Source of the DNA: Rikenellaceae bacterium | GTDB lineage: Bacteria > Bacteroidota > Bacteroidia > Bacteroidales > Rikenellaceae | NCBI GenBank assembly: GCA_031550125.1 | Contig: JAVBOW010000018.1 | Coordinates: 25,572 to 89,571, forward strand | Length of the DNA stretch: 64,000 nt | Direction of reading: 5' to 3' | Shown here: piece by piece, positions 9,925 to 20,464 of the stretch | Position numbering within the stretch: the first letter of the stretch is position 1 | Layout of the letters: each line of letters opens with the position of its first letter | Made by a program: the position numbers and the translations under genes | The notes under the pieces: model-generated | The model's input: only the letters and a program-made list of their open reading frames with translations | What the model was told of the DNA's origin: nothing | The model's database searches: none

Positions 9925-11010
9925 ATGGAAGAGAACCAGATACTCTCGAGGCTCGACGGCCTGAAACTGAAATATGAGGAGATGGGCCAGAAAATGACCG
10001 ACCCCGAAGTGATAGCGGACATGAAGAAATTCGTGGCCCTGAACAAGGAGTACAAGGAGTTGCAGCCCATAATCGAAGCCAGCGAACGCTACCGCACCGT
10101 CCTTTCGAACCTGAGGCAGGCAAAGGACATCCTCGCCAACGAAAAGGACGAGGAGCTGCGCGCCATGGCGCGCGAGGAGGTGGCCGATCTCGAGCCTCAG
10201 TCCATTCAGCTCGAAGAGGATATAAAGTTGCTGCTCATTCCGCGCGACCCGCAGGACAGCAAAAACGCCATCCTCGAAATCCGCGGTGGCACGGGAGGCG
10301 ACGAGGCGGCCATCTTTGCGGGCGACCTCTTGCGCATGTACGTCAAATATATAGAGCGTCGCGGTTGGCGTTACGAGATAAACAATATGAGCGAGGGAGC
10401 TGCCGGAGGCTACAAGGAGATCGTCCTCAAAGTGCTTGGCGACGGCGTTTACGGCACGCTCAAATACGAATCGGGCGTACACCGCGTGCAGCGCGTCCCG
10501 CAGACGGAAACCCAGGGTCGCGTCCACACCTCGGCGGCGTCGGTGGCCGTATTGCCCGAGGCCGAAGAGTTCGATATCGACCTTAGGATGGAAGATATAC
10601 GCAAAGACACTTTCTGCGCGTCGGGTCCCGGCGGGCAGTCGGTCAACACCACCTATTCGGCCATCCGCCTGACACACATCCCCACGGGCATAGTGGTACA
10701 GTGTCAGGATCAGAAGTCGCAGCTGAAGAACTTCGACAAAGCCCTCGAAGAGCTTCGTACCCGTATATTTAACCTCGAATATCAAAAGTACCTCGACGAG
10801 ATAGCCGGGAAGAGAAAGACTATGGTCTCCACGGGAGACCGCAGCGCCAAAATACGCACCTACAACTATCCCCAGGGGCGCGTTACCGATCACCGCATCA
10901 ACTTGACGCTATATAACTTGAGCGCGGTTATGGACGGCGACATACAGGAGATAATAGACAAATTGCAAATGGCCGAGAACGCCGAGCGCCTCAAAGCCAG
11001 CGAAGAGTAG
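9925..11010 (+). CDS. prfA: Peptide chain release factor 1
   Basis: Starts MEENQILSRLDGLKLKYEEM. Contains the PQT tripeptide region and GGQ (SGPGGQSVNTT). 361 aa. Confidence 0.95.
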   Translation: MEENQILSRLDGLKLKYEEMGQKMTDPEVIADMKKFVALNKEYKELQPIIEASERYRTVLSNLRQAKDILANEKDEELRAMAREEVADLEPQSIQLEEDIKLLLIPRDPQDSKNAILEIRGGTGGDEAAIFAGDLLRMYVKYIERRGWRYEINNMSEGAAGGYKEIVLKVLGDGVYGTLKYESGVHRVQRVPQTETQGRVHTSAASVAVLPEAEEFDIDLRMEDIRKDTFCASGPGGQSVNTTYSAIRLTHIPTGIVVQCQDQKSQLKNFDKALEELRTRIFNLEYQKYLDEIAGKRKTMVSTGDRSAKIRTYNYPQGRVTDHRINLTLYNLSAVMDGDIQEIIDKLQMAENAERLKASEE

Positions 11011-11046
11011 CCTGCGCCCGGATTTCCCGCAGAGAGCGGCGTCGGG

Positions 11047-11904
11047 ATGCATGGAATAATGAATAAAAACAGACCCATGACAGCCCTGCAACTATTCGAA
11101 AACATCATGGCCAAGCGCAGTTTCCTGTGCGTGGGCCTCGATGCCGACATCCGCAAGACGCCGCAATGCCTTGCCGGGTCGGCCGATCCGCAATTCGAGT
11201 TCAATAAAGCCATAATAGACGCCACGGCCCCTTATGCTGCGGCCTACAAACCCAACCTGGCCTTCTTTGAGGAGAGAGGCGCGGAGGGATGGGTCAGCTT
11301 CGAGCGCACATGCCTGTATATAAGGGATAAATATCCCGACATACTTATTATAGCCGACGCCAAGCGCGGCGACATCGGCAATACGGCAGAAATGTACGCC
11401 CGCGGGTTTTTCGAGCGAGACCTGGCCGATGCGGTTACGCTTTCGCCATACATGGGAGCCGATTCCATCCGCCCGTTCCTGAACTACGACGGCCGTTGGA
11501 CCGTTATTCTCGCCCTGACGTCGAATCCAAGCGCGGCCGATTTCGAAATGTTGCCTCTGGCAGACGGCGGCAGGCTCTACGAGCGTGTCCTGGAAACTTC
11601 TAAAGGGTGGGGCAGCGAGGATAACACCATGTATGTAGTCGGAGCCACAAGGGCCGACGAATTGGAGAACGTGCGACGTCTGGTCCCCGACCATTTTCTG
11701 CTCGTTCCCGGCGTGGGAGCGCAGGGCGGCAGTCTCGAAGATGTGGCGCGCTATGGAATGAACCGGCGCTGCGGCCTCCTTGTCAACTCGTCCAGGGCTA
11801 TAATATACGCCGACGGCACGGAGAACTTCGCCAAGGCGGCGGCGCGCGAAGCAGCAGTTGTACAGCGCGAAATGGATTGCCTGTTAAAGAAATACATCAA
11901 GTAG
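11047..11904 (+). CDS. pyrF: Orotidine 5'-phosphate decarboxylase (type 2)
   Basis: Contains [10 protein letters not shown] and [11 protein letters not shown] motifs. The start is ambiguous among ATGs at 11047, 11059 and 11077. Confidence 0.9.
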   Translation: MHGIMNKNRPMTALQLFENIMAKRSFLCVGLDADIRKTPQCLAGSADPQFEFNKAIIDATAPYAAAYKPNLAFFEERGAEGWVSFERTCLYIRDKYPDILIIADAKRGDIGNTAEMYARGFFERDLADAVTLSPYMGADSIRPFLNYDGRWTVILALTSNPSAADFEMLPLADGGRLYERVLETSKGWGSEDNTMYVVGATRADELENVRRLVPDHFLLVPGVGAQGGSLEDVARYGMNRRCGLLVNSSRAIIYADGTENFAKAAAREAAVVQREMDCLLKKYIK

Positions 11905-11912
11905 CCACCCCG

Positions 11913-12935
11913 ATGAGAAGTTTCGGCAGCGATAACCATTCGGGAATACACCCCGATATCCTTGCGGCTATCGCGGCCGCCAACGAGGGACACGCCGTGG
12001 CCTATGGCGACGATCCGGCTACGGCGCGCGTCACTGGCCTCATCAAAGATCTTTTCGGGTCAGGTTGCGACCCTTATTTCGTCTTCAACGGCACCGGAGC
12101 CAACGTACTTGCCATAAAGACGCTCGTACGCAGTCACCAGGCGGTGATATGCCCGTCTACGGCCCATATATGGACGGACGAGTGTGGCGCGCCCGAGCAT
12201 CATGCCGGCTGCAAGCTCATTCCGGTGGATACGCCCGACGGCAAACTTACGCCGGAACTCGTCGCGCCTCACCTGCACGACTTCGGCTTTCAGCACCACT
12301 CACAGCCGCGCATGATCTCCATTTCGCAGCCCACGGAACTCGGCGCGCTCTACACTCCCGCCGAGATAGAAGCGTTGGCCGGCTTGGCCCATGCCAATGG
12401 CATGGCGTTGCACGTCGACGGCGCGCGCCTGGCCAACGCCCTGGCCGCTACCGGCCTGACGCCTCGCGATATGATAACCGCCACGGGAGTGGACGTACTC
12501 TCGCTGGGCGGAGCCAAGAACGGCCTGATGGTGGGCGAGGTTGTGGTGTTCATGGACAGGACATTGAGCGCCGAGTCCGTTTACCTGCGCAAACAATCGG
12601 CCCAACTGGCCTCCAAAATGCGTTTTGTGGCTGCCCAGTTCGAGGCTTATTTCACCGGAGGGCTTTGGCTGGAACTGGCCGCCCATTCCAACGCCATGGC
12701 GAGCCTTTTGGCGGCGGGCCTGGCCCGGTTTCCCGAAGTGGAATGCATCTACCCCGTGCAGGCCAACGCCGTCTTCGCTCGCCTGCCGCGACATGCAATA
12801 ACGAAATTACATGAGAAATATTTTTTTTACGTTTGGGACGATGAGCGCAACCTTGTGCGCTGGATGACTTCATTCGACACCACGGCGCAGGACGTGGACG
12901 GTTTCCTTGCGGCCCTCGGCGAATCGTTGCGGTAA
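11913..12935 (+). CDS. ltaE: Low-specificity L-threonine aldolase (PLP-dependent)
   Basis: Starts MRSFGSDNHSGIHPDIL. PLP-lysine context SLGGAKNG. About 340 aa. The upstream part of the track ORF overlaps pyrF and was trimmed. Confidence 0.85.
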   Translation: MRSFGSDNHSGIHPDILAAIAAANEGHAVAYGDDPATARVTGLIKDLFGSGCDPYFVFNGTGANVLAIKTLVRSHQAVICPSTAHIWTDECGAPEHHAGCKLIPVDTPDGKLTPELVAPHLHDFGFQHHSQPRMISISQPTELGALYTPAEIEALAGLAHANGMALHVDGARLANALAATGLTPRDMITATGVDVLSLGGAKNGLMVGEVVVFMDRTLSAESVYLRKQSAQLASKMRFVAAQFEAYFTGGLWLELAAHSNAMASLLAAGLARFPEVECIYPVQANAVFARLPRHAITKLHEKYFFYVWDDERNLVRWMTSFDTTAQDVDGFLAALGESLR

Positions 12936-13001
12936 ATAGATTGATTTTCAGAGAAAAATCATTGTATTTAATTCTGTTGTTATTTATATAGGCGAAAATA
13001 A

Positions 13002-13040
13002 AATATTCCGGCAGGAGTTACCCTGCCGGAATATTTTTCA
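13002..13040. terminator. Bidirectional intrinsic terminator between convergent ltaE and the esterase gene
   Basis: Perfect 14-bp stem AATATTCCGGCAGG (13002-13015) / CCTGCCGGAATATT (13022-13035), flanked by A-run and T-run sequences. Confidence 0.7.
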
Positions 13041-13051
13041 TAACCGCAGGC

Positions 13052-13873
13052 CTATTTCGCCGCGTCGAAGAATTTCCGGAAAAACAGCAGCTGCGTATCT
13101 ATGGCGTTTTCCCAATAGCGCTGCACATGCGCGCCGGGGCGTGAGATGTAGTCGTGCGGTATTTTGTTGTACAACAGTTTGCGGTGAAGTTCCTCGTTCA
13201 CTTCATAGAAGAAATCTTCCGTTCCGCAGTCTATTATTATAGCCGGCTTACCTGTGCCGTTTAGTCTGTATATCTGATTTATAACCGTGTGCGCGTCCCA
13301 TACCGCCGGGTTGGCGTCGTATTCGCCCAACAGTTTTTTCAGCTCCCAGTTCTGAGGGAATGGACGTATGTCCACCCCGCCGCTCATCGAGCCGCATGCC
13401 CCGTAGACGTCCTGGTGGCGGAAACCCAACCACAACCCTCCGTGACCTCCCATGCTGAGGCCCGTTACGGCGCGTCCGCCAGCGGACGCCACGGTACGGT
13501 AGTTGGCGTCTATCCATGCCGCCAGTTCCTTGTGCATGTAGGTCTCATAACGTATTGACGGGTCGACGGGGCTGTCGAAATACCACGAGCGTCCTCCGTC
13601 GGGACACACTATTATCATCTCGTTCTGCGACGCCACTTTGGGCAGGGTCGGCTTCATCCTGTCCGTCCATTCGCTGTATACGCCGCCGAAACCGTGCAGC
13701 AGGTAAACCACGGGGTAGCGTCCGGCCCCTTGCTTGTAGCTTTCGGGCAGCACCACCACGTTCTTTATCGTTTTGCTCATGGCCCGGCTGTAGACGGCCA
13801 CGGTATCGACCCTCTGCGCGCTGAGTGCGGTGGCCGCGAGGATGGCAAAAAGCAGCAGCGTGTTCTTTTTCAT
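13052..13873 (-). CDS. Secreted alpha/beta-hydrolase esterase (esterase D / CE1-like)
   Basis: Has a signal peptide, an LHGFGG oxyanion region, and the nucleophile elbow GLSMGGHG. Confidence 0.8.
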   Translation of the reverse strand: MKKNTLLLFAILAATALSAQRVDTVAVYSRAMSKTIKNVVVLPESYKQGAGRYPVVYLLHGFGGVYSEWTDRMKPTLPKVASQNEMIIVCPDGGRSWYFDSPVDPSIRYETYMHKELAAWIDANYRTVASAGGRAVTGLSMGGHGGLWLGFRHQDVYGACGSMSGGVDIRPFPQNWELKKLLGEYDANPAVWDAHTVINQIYRLNGTGKPAIIIDCGTEDFFYEVNEELHRKLLYNKIPHDYISRPGAHVQRYWENAIDTQLLFFRKFFDAAK

Positions 13874-14922
13874 CGCCTGAATCTGTATTTCTGGAACATT
13901 TTTTCGTCAAGGTAAACGGTGAACCGGACCACCTGCTGCCAGTTCCAGTCGCGTCCGTCGTAGTGTTGCACCGCAGCCAGGTGGAGCTTCATATCGCGGC
14001 GGCGCAGGAGTTCCCAGTACACCTCCAGCCGCTCGTAAATATCGTCGTCGGTATGGAAGAACTGCTCGCCTCGGTAGAGATCCGTGCCGAAACGGGAGTA
14101 GTAGGGCATAAGGTCGCCTCCCAGGTAGGTGGCGCTGTAAATCCCCACGCCGCGCTTCTCTGCTCCCATCTCTATCAGCGCGCCGTGCGGATAGACGTAT
14201 TCGCCCACATTGGTACGGTCGTTCTGGAACGCTTGCAGCCATCCGGCCCTCAGATACAGGATGTCCATCGGCAGTAATTTACGCAAATCGACGCTTATGT
14301 AGGGGTTCAAAAGCACGTTGTCCACCACGCCGTCCTGGTGACTCGACGTCTGGGCGTAGTGAAACATGGAGGCGTTGAATCCCAGGCCGATGCTGCGGAT
14401 ATTGGCTTGCCCCGATGCGAAAATCATGAATTTCTCGCGCGTGGAGGAGGTCTCCATTCCACTCCAGTCGCAACCCAATTCTGCGAATCCACGCAATCCT
14501 TTGTATTGCAGTAGCACGCCCTCTATCTGGCTGTCGTAAAAACGCACCGAGTCGCTGAAGAAGGCGTTGGAATAGCAACCCATCACCTTGCCGCGCGGCA
14601 GAACCCCGGCGAAGGCGTTGAAACGGCGCGACTCGTAGCCATAATAGAGTGTCAGGGCCGGATTACGGTCTATGCCGCCGTCGGGCGCGCCGAAATCTAT
14701 GAACAGGTCCGTGCCGGCCTTTATATAGTCGCCTCCTCCCCACATTATTCCCAATTCCGGAGCGAATTTCGTTGAAAAAAGCGTCTGCGAGCGCTCCAAC
14801 GCGTCGTTGTATTCACGGTTGTCGAAACGCGTGTTGAGCGTTATGTCCCACAGTAATTTCTGCGCGGCTGCCTGCATGCACATCAAGGTGGACAGGGAAA
14901 GGGCAAGTGGCTTGAATCTCAT
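13870..14922 (-). CDS. Hypothetical outer-membrane beta-barrel-like protein
   Basis: Signal peptide MRFKPLALSLSTLMCMQAAAQ. Alternating aromatic/glycine-rich strands and a C-terminal aromatic-rich end. ATGA overlap with the esterase gene. No family recognised. Confidence 0.5.
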   Translation of the reverse strand: MRFKPLALSLSTLMCMQAAAQKLLWDITLNTRFDNREYNDALERSQTLFSTKFAPELGIMWGGGDYIKAGTDLFIDFGAPDGGIDRNPALTLYYGYESRRFNAFAGVLPRGKVMGCYSNAFFSDSVRFYDSQIEGVLLQYKGLRGFAELGCDWSGMETSSTREKFMIFASGQANIRSIGLGFNASMFHYAQTSSHQDGVVDNVLLNPYISVDLRKLLPMDILYLRAGWLQAFQNDRTNVGEYVYPHGALIEMGAEKRGVGIYSATYLGGDLMPYYSRFGTDLYRGEQFFHTDDDIYERLEVYWELLRRRDMKLHLAAVQHYDGRDWNWQQVVRFTVYLDEKMFQKYRFRR

Positions 14923-15163
14923 CGTAAGCGTTTATTACTGCGGCAAATTTACGGAAAATACGCAGAAACGTATTATGTGTGCGAAAGAATTCCTGTCTTT
15001 GTAAAACAACCAAACCGGGATCCTTAGCTTACGACGTCGTTTGCTGTATACGGTTGAGTAAACAGTAAAAGAATGGATAAGTTTCAATTATATGCTGGCT
15101 GCGCATATCGCGCATCTTAACGCCAGCCTGTTTTTATGGCGGGTCCTATTTTTCTTATCAGGT

Positions 15164-16396
15164 CTATTCGAGCACCTGGTAGACGGTATTGAGGAATTTC
15201 TGCCATATTCCGGTTGCAGGGATGCGGTTCGTGTAGAGCAATATTATAAGCCCTTCGCGGCGGTCTATCAGATAGTCGGTGTTGGCCATTCCTCCCCATA
15301 TGAGCGACCCGGGATTTGGCATGGGCGTGAAGCGGCTTATGTTTCCGCCGGCGGCATCAGGTTCCGGAAGTACTCTGAATCCGATCCCGAAGCTGAAATC
15401 CTTGCCGTTGGAGTTGGGGTGGGGCAGGCAGTTTTCTCCCATTATCTCCAAGGTGCGCCGCCCGAGTATGCGGCGTCCGTTGAAGACGCCGTAATTGGCT
15501 ATCATCTGACAGAAACGGGCGTAACCTTCGATAGTGCCGCTCAACCCCGTGCCTCCGGCGGCATATGTACGGTCCGGGCCGAAGGGATCGCGTCCGCTCC
15601 ACATCTCCACAGGTTCGATGCCCCCTTTCCCCTTTTTATACATCGCCACGAACCTCGGACGACAACTATCGTCGAAATAATAGGCCATATCCTTTATTCC
15701 CAGAGGCTCCAGGATAACCTCCTGGACGTATTCCTGTAGTGGCCTGCCTGAAAAATACTCTACAAGGTAGCCCCATACGTCGGCCGACGGATGGTAATGC
15801 CAGTCCGTACCCGGGTCGAACAACAGGGGCTGCTTCACCAACTGTTTGACGTATTCCTCAAGTGTAGCGTATTTGGGCTGTCCGGCGCTCCATTCTCCCG
15901 TTATGCCCGACGAGTGGCTCAACAGGTGGCGTATAAGCACCGGCGAGGCGGCTTTGCGTGTGACGTATGTGCCGTCGTCCTCCTTTTTGACGATTACCCG
16001 GTCTGTCATCTCCGGGATGTATTTCGACACCGGGTCGTCCAGCTGGAATTTACCCTGCTCGTACAGGGTCATAAGCGCCACGGTTGTTATCGCCTTGGTT
16101 TGCGAGTACATGCGGAAGAGGTCGTCTTTTTGCAGCGGCGCGCGGCTTTCCATATCTCGCCAGCCGAAGGCTTTATTGTGGATAACCTGGCCATCCTTAG
16201 CTACGAATGTAAGGGCGTGCGGCAATTCGCCCCGCCGCACGAAATCGGTCAGCAGGGAGTCTATGCGGGCCAGGCGCGAGGCATCCACTTTAAGCGCCTT
16301 GAAATCGGGTTTGTAGTCGAACGACTGCGGCGCTTGCCCCGAGCCGGCCAACGCGCATGCGGCGAACATGGCCGAAAACAACCATTTTTTCATCAT
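15164..16396 (-). CDS. Serine hydrolase, beta-lactamase/transpeptidase-like (class C-related) family
   Basis: The track start at 16414 is a TTG; the ATG at 16396 gives MMKKWLFSAMFAACALAGSG. Contains the SxxK motif (YSQTKAIT). Confidence 0.8.
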   Translation of the reverse strand: MMKKWLFSAMFAACALAGSGQAPQSFDYKPDFKALKVDASRLARIDSLLTDFVRRGELPHALTFVAKDGQVIHNKAFGWRDMESRAPLQKDDLFRMYSQTKAITTVALMTLYEQGKFQLDDPVSKYIPEMTDRVIVKKEDDGTYVTRKAASPVLIRHLLSHSSGITGEWSAGQPKYATLEEYVKQLVKQPLLFDPGTDWHYHPSADVWGYLVEYFSGRPLQEYVQEVILEPLGIKDMAYYFDDSCRPRFVAMYKKGKGGIEPVEMWSGRDPFGPDRTYAAGGTGLSGTIEGYARFCQMIANYGVFNGRRILGRRTLEIMGENCLPHPNSNGKDFSFGIGFRVLPEPDAAGGNISRFTPMPNPGSLIWGGMANTDYLIDRREGLIILLYTNRIPATGIWQKFLNTVYQVLE

Positions 16397-16467
16397 ATAG
16401 TCAAGTTTACGCAAATATACGAAAAAGGGCGGACAAAAGTCCGCCCTGAAAATAAACAGAATCTGAT

Positions 16468-18693
16468 TTAGAATAAGCTGTAAGCCACGGTTAAGCCCGC
16501 CATGACTATGGCCACCATGCTCATCAGCTTCACCAGGATGTTGAGTGAGGGACCGGAGGTATCCTTGAAAGGATCGCCCACGGTGTCACCCACCACTGTA
16601 GCTTTGTGGTCGTTGGAGCCTTTGCCTCCGCAATTCCCCTCTTCTATGTATTTCTTGGCGTTATCCCATGCGCCGCCGGCATTGGCCATGAAGACGGCCA
16701 GCACGAAGCCTGCGCCCAGACCGCCTACCAAAAGGCCCATGACGCCGGCTACGCCGAATATGACGCCGGTGAGTACGGGGGCTATGATGGCCAGCAACGA
16801 GGGAAAGAGCATTTCGCGTTGCGCCCCGCGGGTGGATATCTCCACGCAGCGCGCATAGTCGGGCGTGGCTTTGCCTTCGAGTATGCCTTTTATCTCGCGG
16901 AATTGTCGGCGGACCTCTTCAACCATGCTTTGCGCGGCTCGCCCTACGGCGTTCATCGTCAGCCCGCAGAAGAGGAAAGCCATCATCGATCCGATAAATA
17001 CGCCCACCAGCACCTTGGGATTCATAAGCGATATCTGGTAGTAATCCATAAAGTCGATTATGGAGGCGTCTGCCACTTTCTGGACCGCGCCGTTGGACAG
17101 GGTGATGAACTCCTGCCCGATGTGTATCAATCCTATCTTTATCTCCTCGATATAGGATGCCAGCAGCGCCAGCGCCGTGAGGGCGGCCGATCCTATGGCG
17201 AATCCTTTTCCGGTCGCGGCGGTGGTGTTGCCCAGCGCGTCGAGCGCGTCTGTACGTTTGCGTACCTCTTTGGGCAGGCCGCTCATCTCTGCGTTGCCTC
17301 CCGCGTTGTCGGCTATGGGGCCGTAGGCGTCGGTGGCAAGCGTTATACCCAGCGTAGAGAGCATGCCCACGGCCGCTATACCTATGCCGTAGAGGCCCAA
17401 GCCGATATTGTTGGCCGAGATCATGTTGGCCACGTCGAATTGTATTGCGAACAGATAGGACAGAATGATGGCGATGCCTATGGTGATCACCGGTATGGCG
17501 GTGGATACCATGCCCAGTCCTATGCCCGATATGATAACAGTGGCGGGGCCGGTGGCGGCGCAGTTGGCTATCTTCTGGGTGGGTTTATAGGAGTGGGATG
17601 TGTAATATTCGGTGGATTGCCCTATGATTATGCCTGCCAGCAGGCCGGTGATCACCGAGCATGATACCCAACCCCAGTTGGGGAGGTCCAGGGACCACAG
17701 GATGACGAAAGTAGATATGGCGATGAGCGCCGAGCTTACGTTAACGCCCAAACCGAGAGAACCGAGCAGTTTCTTCATCGACGCGCCCTCTTTGGTGCGT
17801 ACCAAAAATATGCCGAATATGGAGAGCAATATACCTACGGCGGCTATGAGCATAGGCGCGAACACAGCTTTGAGCTGCAGCGCCTCGCCATCGGCGAAAG
17901 TGGAGTAGGCCGCCGCTCCCAGGGCTGCCGTAGCCAGTATGGAGCCGCAATAGCTTTCGTAAAGGTCTGCGCCCATGCCTGCTACGTCGCCTACATTGTC
18001 GCCCACATTGTCCGCTATGGTCGCGGGGTTGCGGGGGTCGTCTTCCGGAATCCCCGCTTCCACTTTGCCTACGAGGTCTGCGCCCACGTCTGCGGCTTTG
18101 GTGTAGATTCCGCCGCCTACGCGCGCGAAAAGCGCCTGCGTCGACGCGCCCATGCCGAACGTCAGCATGGTGGTGGTTATGACCACAAGTTTCTGCGTGC
18201 CGGTAACGTCAACGAAAGTGTTGAGTACGACATACCATATCGAGATGTCGAGCAACCCGAGGCCGACGACCACCAGGCCCATCACCGCGCCGCTGCGGAA
18301 GGCCACCTTAAGGCCTCTGTCGAGCGATTCGCTGGCGGCCTGAGCCGTACGTCCCGAAGCGTAGGTTGCCGTCTTCATGCCGAAGAAGCCTGCAAGCCCG
18401 GAGAAGAACCCGCCCGATATGAATGCGAAAGGCACCCATGGATTCTGTACGCCCAGCCCGTATGCCAGGAATGCGAAAAAGAGCGACAGCACCACAAAAA
18501 CGATAAGAACGATCTTGTATTGCTGCCACAGGTAAGCCATAGCGCCCACGCGGACGTGTTGGGCGATCTCCCTCATACGTTCGTTCCCTTCGCTCTGGCG
18601 TTTCATCCACGAGAAGAAATACCATGCGAAACCGAGCGCAATTACAGATGCGGCAGGGATAAGCCAGAAAATTGCAGGTATCGAATTACCCAT
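16468..18693 (-). CDS. hppA: Membrane-integral pyrophosphatase (K+-dependent, ion-pumping)
   Basis: 741 aa, about 16 TM helices. Contains DNVGDNVGD and GNTTAATGKG. Ala rather than Lys in the GNTTAA motif marks the K+-dependent (Na+ or Na+/H+ pumping) subclass. Confidence 0.95.
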   Translation of the reverse strand: MGNSIPAIFWLIPAASVIALGFAWYFFSWMKRQSEGNERMREIAQHVRVGAMAYLWQQYKIVLIVFVVLSLFFAFLAYGLGVQNPWVPFAFISGGFFSGLAGFFGMKTATYASGRTAQAASESLDRGLKVAFRSGAVMGLVVVGLGLLDISIWYVVLNTFVDVTGTQKLVVITTTMLTFGMGASTQALFARVGGGIYTKAADVGADLVGKVEAGIPEDDPRNPATIADNVGDNVGDVAGMGADLYESYCGSILATAALGAAAYSTFADGEALQLKAVFAPMLIAAVGILLSIFGIFLVRTKEGASMKKLLGSLGLGVNVSSALIAISTFVILWSLDLPNWGWVSCSVITGLLAGIIIGQSTEYYTSHSYKPTQKIANCAATGPATVIISGIGLGMVSTAIPVITIGIAIILSYLFAIQFDVANMISANNIGLGLYGIGIAAVGMLSTLGITLATDAYGPIADNAGGNAEMSGLPKEVRKRTDALDALGNTTAATGKGFAIGSAALTALALLASYIEEIKIGLIHIGQEFITLSNGAVQKVADASIIDFMDYYQISLMNPKVLVGVFIGSMMAFLFCGLTMNAVGRAAQSMVEEVRRQFREIKGILEGKATPDYARCVEISTRGAQREMLFPSLLAIIAPVLTGVIFGVAGVMGLLVGGLGAGFVLAVFMANAGGAWDNAKKYIEEGNCGGKGSNDHKATVVGDTVGDPFKDTSGPSLNILVKLMSMVAIVMAGLTVAYSLF

Positions 18694-18762
18694 AATCTCA
18701 ACGATTTAATTAATAGTTAGGTTTTAGAAGGATTCTTAATGGTCCGGAATCATACAAAGATA

Positions 18763-18795
18763 CGAAAACAACCGGAATAGTGTATATCCCGGTTG
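18763..18795 (-). terminator. Hairpin terminator downstream of the DUF2059-like gene
   Basis: 7-bp stem CAACCGG (18769-18775) / CCGGTTG (18789-18795), followed on the minus strand by TTTTC. A TATCTTTG -7-like box (18755-18762, minus strand) follows and could serve hppA. Confidence 0.45.
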
Positions 18796-18825
18796 CCTGT
18801 AAATCGACCGCAAAGCGTTTATTTT

Positions 18826-19248
18826 CTATTCGGGCGTTTCCCGGACGCTTGGAATAAGGTCGGCCGCCATTTTTTCTGCACTCCCCATGGTTTCCGCGCT
18901 TGCCCTGTCCTGCGAGGCGGCCATCCGTTTCCCTTCGGGAGTTTTATAGAATTCTATGGCCTTGCGCAGGTCGTCGACGCTTATGTGTTTTTCATATACG
19001 GGGAGTAATATTTCCGGGAGCCTATCCTTCGCCTCTTTTGCCATCTCCTCTTTTATGGTTGCGTAATTGTCAAAACTCGAGGATTCGAATGCCGCGTTGA
19101 GAATAACGTCGCACGCCGACGATATTCCCGATACGTTCAGATAGGTCGTAAGTACGTCTTTGTACTCTTCATTGTTCTTATTCGATATGGATCCGGCGGC
19201 GACGAAGCCGAATACGACGATACATGTTATCAACAATAACTTTCTCAT
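18826..19248 (-). CDS. DUF2059-like small secreted protein
   Basis: The internal ATG at 19248 gives the signal peptide MRKLLLITCIVVFGFVAAGS. C-terminal LRKAIEFYKTPEGKRM resembles the DUF2059 signature. The upstream part of the track ORF has no support. Confidence 0.55.
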   Translation of the reverse strand: MRKLLLITCIVVFGFVAAGSISNKNNEEYKDVLTTYLNVSGISSACDVILNAAFESSSFDNYATIKEEMAKEAKDRLPEILLPVYEKHISVDDLRKAIEFYKTPEGKRMAASQDRASAETMGSAEKMAADLIPSVRETPE

Positions 19249-19342
19249 ATTGTATATATTTATCATAAAGTTCCGGATCATCCCCACAGCAAATAAGGGA
19301 CCAAACGCAATTCGTGTTAACTTTGCTCCGTAATATCGCCCT

Positions 19343-19873
19343 ATGGAGAAGATCAGTAACGACGGCCTGGGCCGTCCCTCGCCCGAAGAATTTGCCTCGA
19401 TGGACAAAATGCCGGTGACGGTTGTATTGGATAACGTACGCAGCATGAATAATGTAGGTTCGTTTTTCCGTACCTGCGACGCTTTCGCCGCCGAGAGGAT
19501 AATCCTATGCGGGATAACCGGTACGCCGCCCGACAAGGAGATACATAAAACCGCCCTCGGCGCGGAGCTTACCGTGCCGTGGGAGTATTGCCGGCAAACG
19601 GAGGAGTCGCTCGCCGCGTTGAAGGAACGCGGTTACACGCTCGTCGTCGCGGAACAGGTTAAGGGTGCGGCGACGCTTTCCCGTTTTCCCGTCGAAAAGG
19701 GACGTAAATACGCCGTGGTGTTCGGTAATGAAGTGTCGGGAGTGTCGCAGCAGGCGGTGGATATGTGCGATATGGCTGTGGAGATACCCCAGGCGGGGAC
19801 AAAACATTCGCTCAACGTGGCCGTCTCCGGCGGCGTCGTGCTTTGGCGTTTTTTCGAATTTTTCTCTATATAA
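19343..19873 (+). CDS. SpoU/TrmH-family RNA 2'-O-methyltransferase
   Basis: 176 aa. Contains NVGSFFRTCDAF and C-terminal SLNVAVSGGVVLW knot motifs. Confidence 0.8.
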   Translation: MEKISNDGLGRPSPEEFASMDKMPVTVVLDNVRSMNNVGSFFRTCDAFAAERIILCGITGTPPDKEIHKTALGAELTVPWEYCRQTEESLAALKERGYTLVVAEQVKGAATLSRFPVEKGRKYAVVFGNEVSGVSQQAVDMCDMAVEIPQAGTKHSLNVAVSGGVVLWRFFEFFSI

Positions 19874-19927
19874 GGGATTTCCGTCACGGAGCCTACTCAC
19901 GCAGGCAGGCGCCTGGCAGTGCGCTGC

Positions 19928-20464
19928 CTATGCGGAAGGAACGGTGTTAACTCCCTTGGAATGTTTGGCCCAGTTGCCGTGTGCGCGCAGCACCTGCTCC
20001 ACGACGTCCCTCACGCAACCTTTGCCGCCTTCGTATTGCGATACGTAACGCGATATTTCGATTATTTCAGACGCGGCGTCGGCGGGGCATACCGGCATAC
20101 CCACGTAGGCCATGGCTTCGCTGTCGGGAATATCGTCGCCCATGAACATCACCTCGCCGGGCTGCAGCCCGAAATCGTCCATGAACTCTTTGAGCATCGT
20201 TATTTTGTCGGCGCAGTTGGTGTAAAGACGGTTAACCCCCAGCATTCGGAAGCGGGCGTCGAGCGTCTTGCCGTGTCCGCCGCTTATTATGCACACCGGA
20301 TAGCCCATCTTGATGGCGTAGGCGACGGCGTAGCCATCCTTGGCGTTGTACTTGCGGACGAAATCGCCGTCCGCGGTAACTATTATGCCGCCGTCCGTGA
20401 ACACCCCGTCCACGTCAAACACAAAAGCCTTTACGGACGCTAAATCTTCTTTGAAGGTTCCCAT
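19928..20464 (-). CDS. kdsC: 3-deoxy-D-manno-octulosonate 8-phosphate phosphatase (HAD)
   Basis: HAD motif I FDVDGVFTDG and motif GDDIPD. 178 aa. Confidence 0.85.
   Translation of the reverse strand: MGTFKEDLASVKAFVFDVDGVFTDGGIIVTADGDFVRKYNAKDGYAVAYAIKMGYPVCIISGGHGKTLDARFRMLGVNRLYTNCADKITMLKEFMDDFGLQPGEVMFMGDDIPDSEAMAYVGMPVCPADAASEIIEISRYVSQYEGGKGCVRDVVEQVLRAHGNWAKHSKGVNTVPSA

Noticed and set aside
9862-10893. The upstream 344 codons of the 785-aa ORF 8536-10893.
   Set aside because: This part runs antisense through prfA and has no XseA-like sequence. The recognisable XseA N-terminus begins near 9861.
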